Source: Lophium mytilinum (lineage: Eukaryota). Taken from it: DNA of 64,000 nucleotides. Below, piece after piece: positions 62,245 to 64,000 of this stretch; the first letter of the stretch is position 1; every line of letters begins with the position of its first letter. The position numbers were made by a program, and so were the translations under genes. The notes under the pieces were generated by a model. The model was not told the origin of the DNA. It did no database searches and saw nothing but the letters and a program-made list of their open reading frames with translations. Location of the stretch: positions 689,834 through 753,833 of the forward strand of contig MU004189.1 in NCBI GenBank assembly GCA_010093605.1. The letters run 5' to 3'.

Positions 62245-62985
62245 TCAAACATCTTCATCAAGGAACTTCCTATTCCTCCTCCTCCTCTTCGCCAACTGCG
62301 GGCTCCAGATCCCTGCAAACAGATCCTCACACTCATCCTCGTCCTGACTATCAAACTGAAGCTCCTCCTCTTTCCCCTCTTCTTTCCCCCCGGTTCGGAA
62401 TCCAGCGCTCTCGCCTATCACCTCCAGCTCCTCTTCTTCCCGCTCCCAGTCCACAGCCCGGCATACCCTCTTCGTCTCCAGAATATACTTTCCCACTTTA
62501 TAACGCTGGCTTTCCTCGTCTGCCGCGACGTACTTCCAGCCCAGCACAGTCCCGCAAAGGGCACAACTTATATCGGAGACGGTATGGGCGCCGGTGACGA
62601 GCTGTCGCGGAACTGCCTTGTGGATGTGCGTGTTCGGTAATTCTCCCGGCTTACTGCGCAGACTGGTAGCTATAGGAGGGCTCGGCGGCGCTACGAGGTA
62701 TGCACGACCATGGCGGCCAGTGAAGCCTTTGCTAATGATGGAGGCCGTGGGACATATATCTGTGAGACAGCGTGCGCAGCGAAGGTGGGAAGAGGAGCCG
62801 GTCAGATAGGCGGGTTGCGGCGGTAAGGTGGATATGGTACTGGTAGGGGAGCTGGAGAGAGAGGGCGGTGAGGCGGAGGTTGAGGTTGAGGAACGCCGGC
62901 GGAATGGGAGGGAGGGGAAAAGGTAGAGGGGGAAGATGGCGGGGGGTGATGGAAAAGAGGGGAGGGTGGGGGATGAGAAGGGCAT
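62245..62985 (-). CDS. Yippee/YPEL family zinc-binding protein
   Basis: LRCARC, IISKGFTGRHGRAYL, RQLVTGAHTVSDISCALCGTVLGWKY...QRYKVGKYILE. Confidence 0.92.
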   Translation of the reverse strand: MPFSSPTLPSFPSPPAIFPLYLFPSLPFRRRSSTSTSASPPSLSSSPTSTISTLPPQPAYLTGSSSHLRCARCLTDICPTASIISKGFTGRHGRAYLVAPPSPPIATSLRSKPGELPNTHIHKAVPRQLVTGAHTVSDISCALCGTVLGWKYVAADEESQRYKVGKYILETKRVCRAVDWEREEEELEVIGESAGFRTGGKEEGKEEELQFDSQDEDECEDLFAGIWSPQLAKRRRRNRKFLDEDV

Positions 62986-64000
62986 GTCGTGGCTCAGGTG
63001 TCGTGGTGTTGTTTCGCGTTTGGTGGTTATGAGGGTAGTAATAGACCAAGGTCACTGAGGTGGGGTCAGTGGGTGCTTTCATTCGGGCATCCGGATTAAC
63101 AACCTTAAGAAGAGGAGGTTTCGGTGATTGCTGTTGGACGAGCGCCGGCACCGCGTCCTGAGGCACCGCCCCAAGACGCTTGCAAATAGCCTCTTACGGC
63201 AGAAGTCGTGACGTGGTGTGTCGATGTCGTTGGGTCTCAAAAGCTACCCGACAGCTCACAGGTTGGCGATAAGATAAGACGCAAATAGAAGCGCGCGAAG
63301 CGCCACAACGGCGATGCAGCAAGGCGCGTCGAGGGGCGAGTGCGAGGCTGAACAAGCAGAAAAAGCACCGAGAGTCTCGCAGCCGTTTGGTTGCGAGAGG
63401 CGTCTTCGTTTCTTGTTCAATGCACGATGGTTTCACAGAGCGAGAGGTTGAGGCGGGGCTGGCGTTTCGACTCAGACTGGATGGATCACGGGAATGCGGG
63501 TCGAGCTGGGTCATGCGGTCGACTGACGACTAAAGGATGCTGGCATGCATCACGGGGTCGTTGCTGGCACGTTGGACCGAGTGTGTGCTGATCCGCCGTC
63601 TTACTTCGAACGTCCAGCCTCATCATGGTCCGCGCTCTCCTCTGTCGTCCGTCGTCTGAGCAGACGAAAGACGGCAGACCTCCCCCCTTACCCCTTGACT
63701 ACATGCCTTTCTCCATGTCGGACGAATTTCGTGGACCTCGCCCGTCTCTTTGTAAAGAACGGTACTCTACTGCTAACCCTCAGCATCTCCCCGACGCCGC
63801 TCGGTAGCCGGCATCTCTGCTGTGGAGGTGTGGACGACGCGTTGCCGTAACAAGTAGAGCCACAACTGTGTGAAATTAACAGCAGACGACCGAGGCTGGC
63901 TGGAAGAAAGATCTGAAGTTTCAGCCGTCATCCGATGCACTCCACTGGAGGATGAAGCCACAAGCCCGCTCTCTCCCGGATGCTGGATTGGGGGTTAGCT

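Overview
Intron-rich genomic DNA of a filamentous ascomycete (Pezizomycotina; Dothideomycete-like is only an inference). Conserved housekeeping genes (NASP/Hif1 histone chaperone, DPB2, RMT2, MIS14/NSL1, DENND6-like, VAC14, COQ1, a yippee protein) are interleaved with accessory blocks. The main accessory block (about 5.2-26.4 kb) starts with a compact candidate terpenoid cluster: a UbiA-type membrane terpene cyclase/prenyltransferase divergent from two P450s, one with an unusual His-Pro I-helix. It continues with a Pth11-like membrane protein, an intronless 814-aa protein ending in a bacterial HicA-toxin-like domain, a GMC oxidoreductase with a long fold-back intron, and a zinc-finger/Zn2Cys6 transcription factor. 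Decayed genes occur near 30, 41-44, 47 and 51 kb. Several genes switch sharply from C-rich to G-rich along the sense strand. I saw no rRNA, tRNA, CRISPR array or intact transposon. Exon models were built by eye from GT/GC-AG sites, branch points and frame continuity; family calls come from motif recognition, not database searches.
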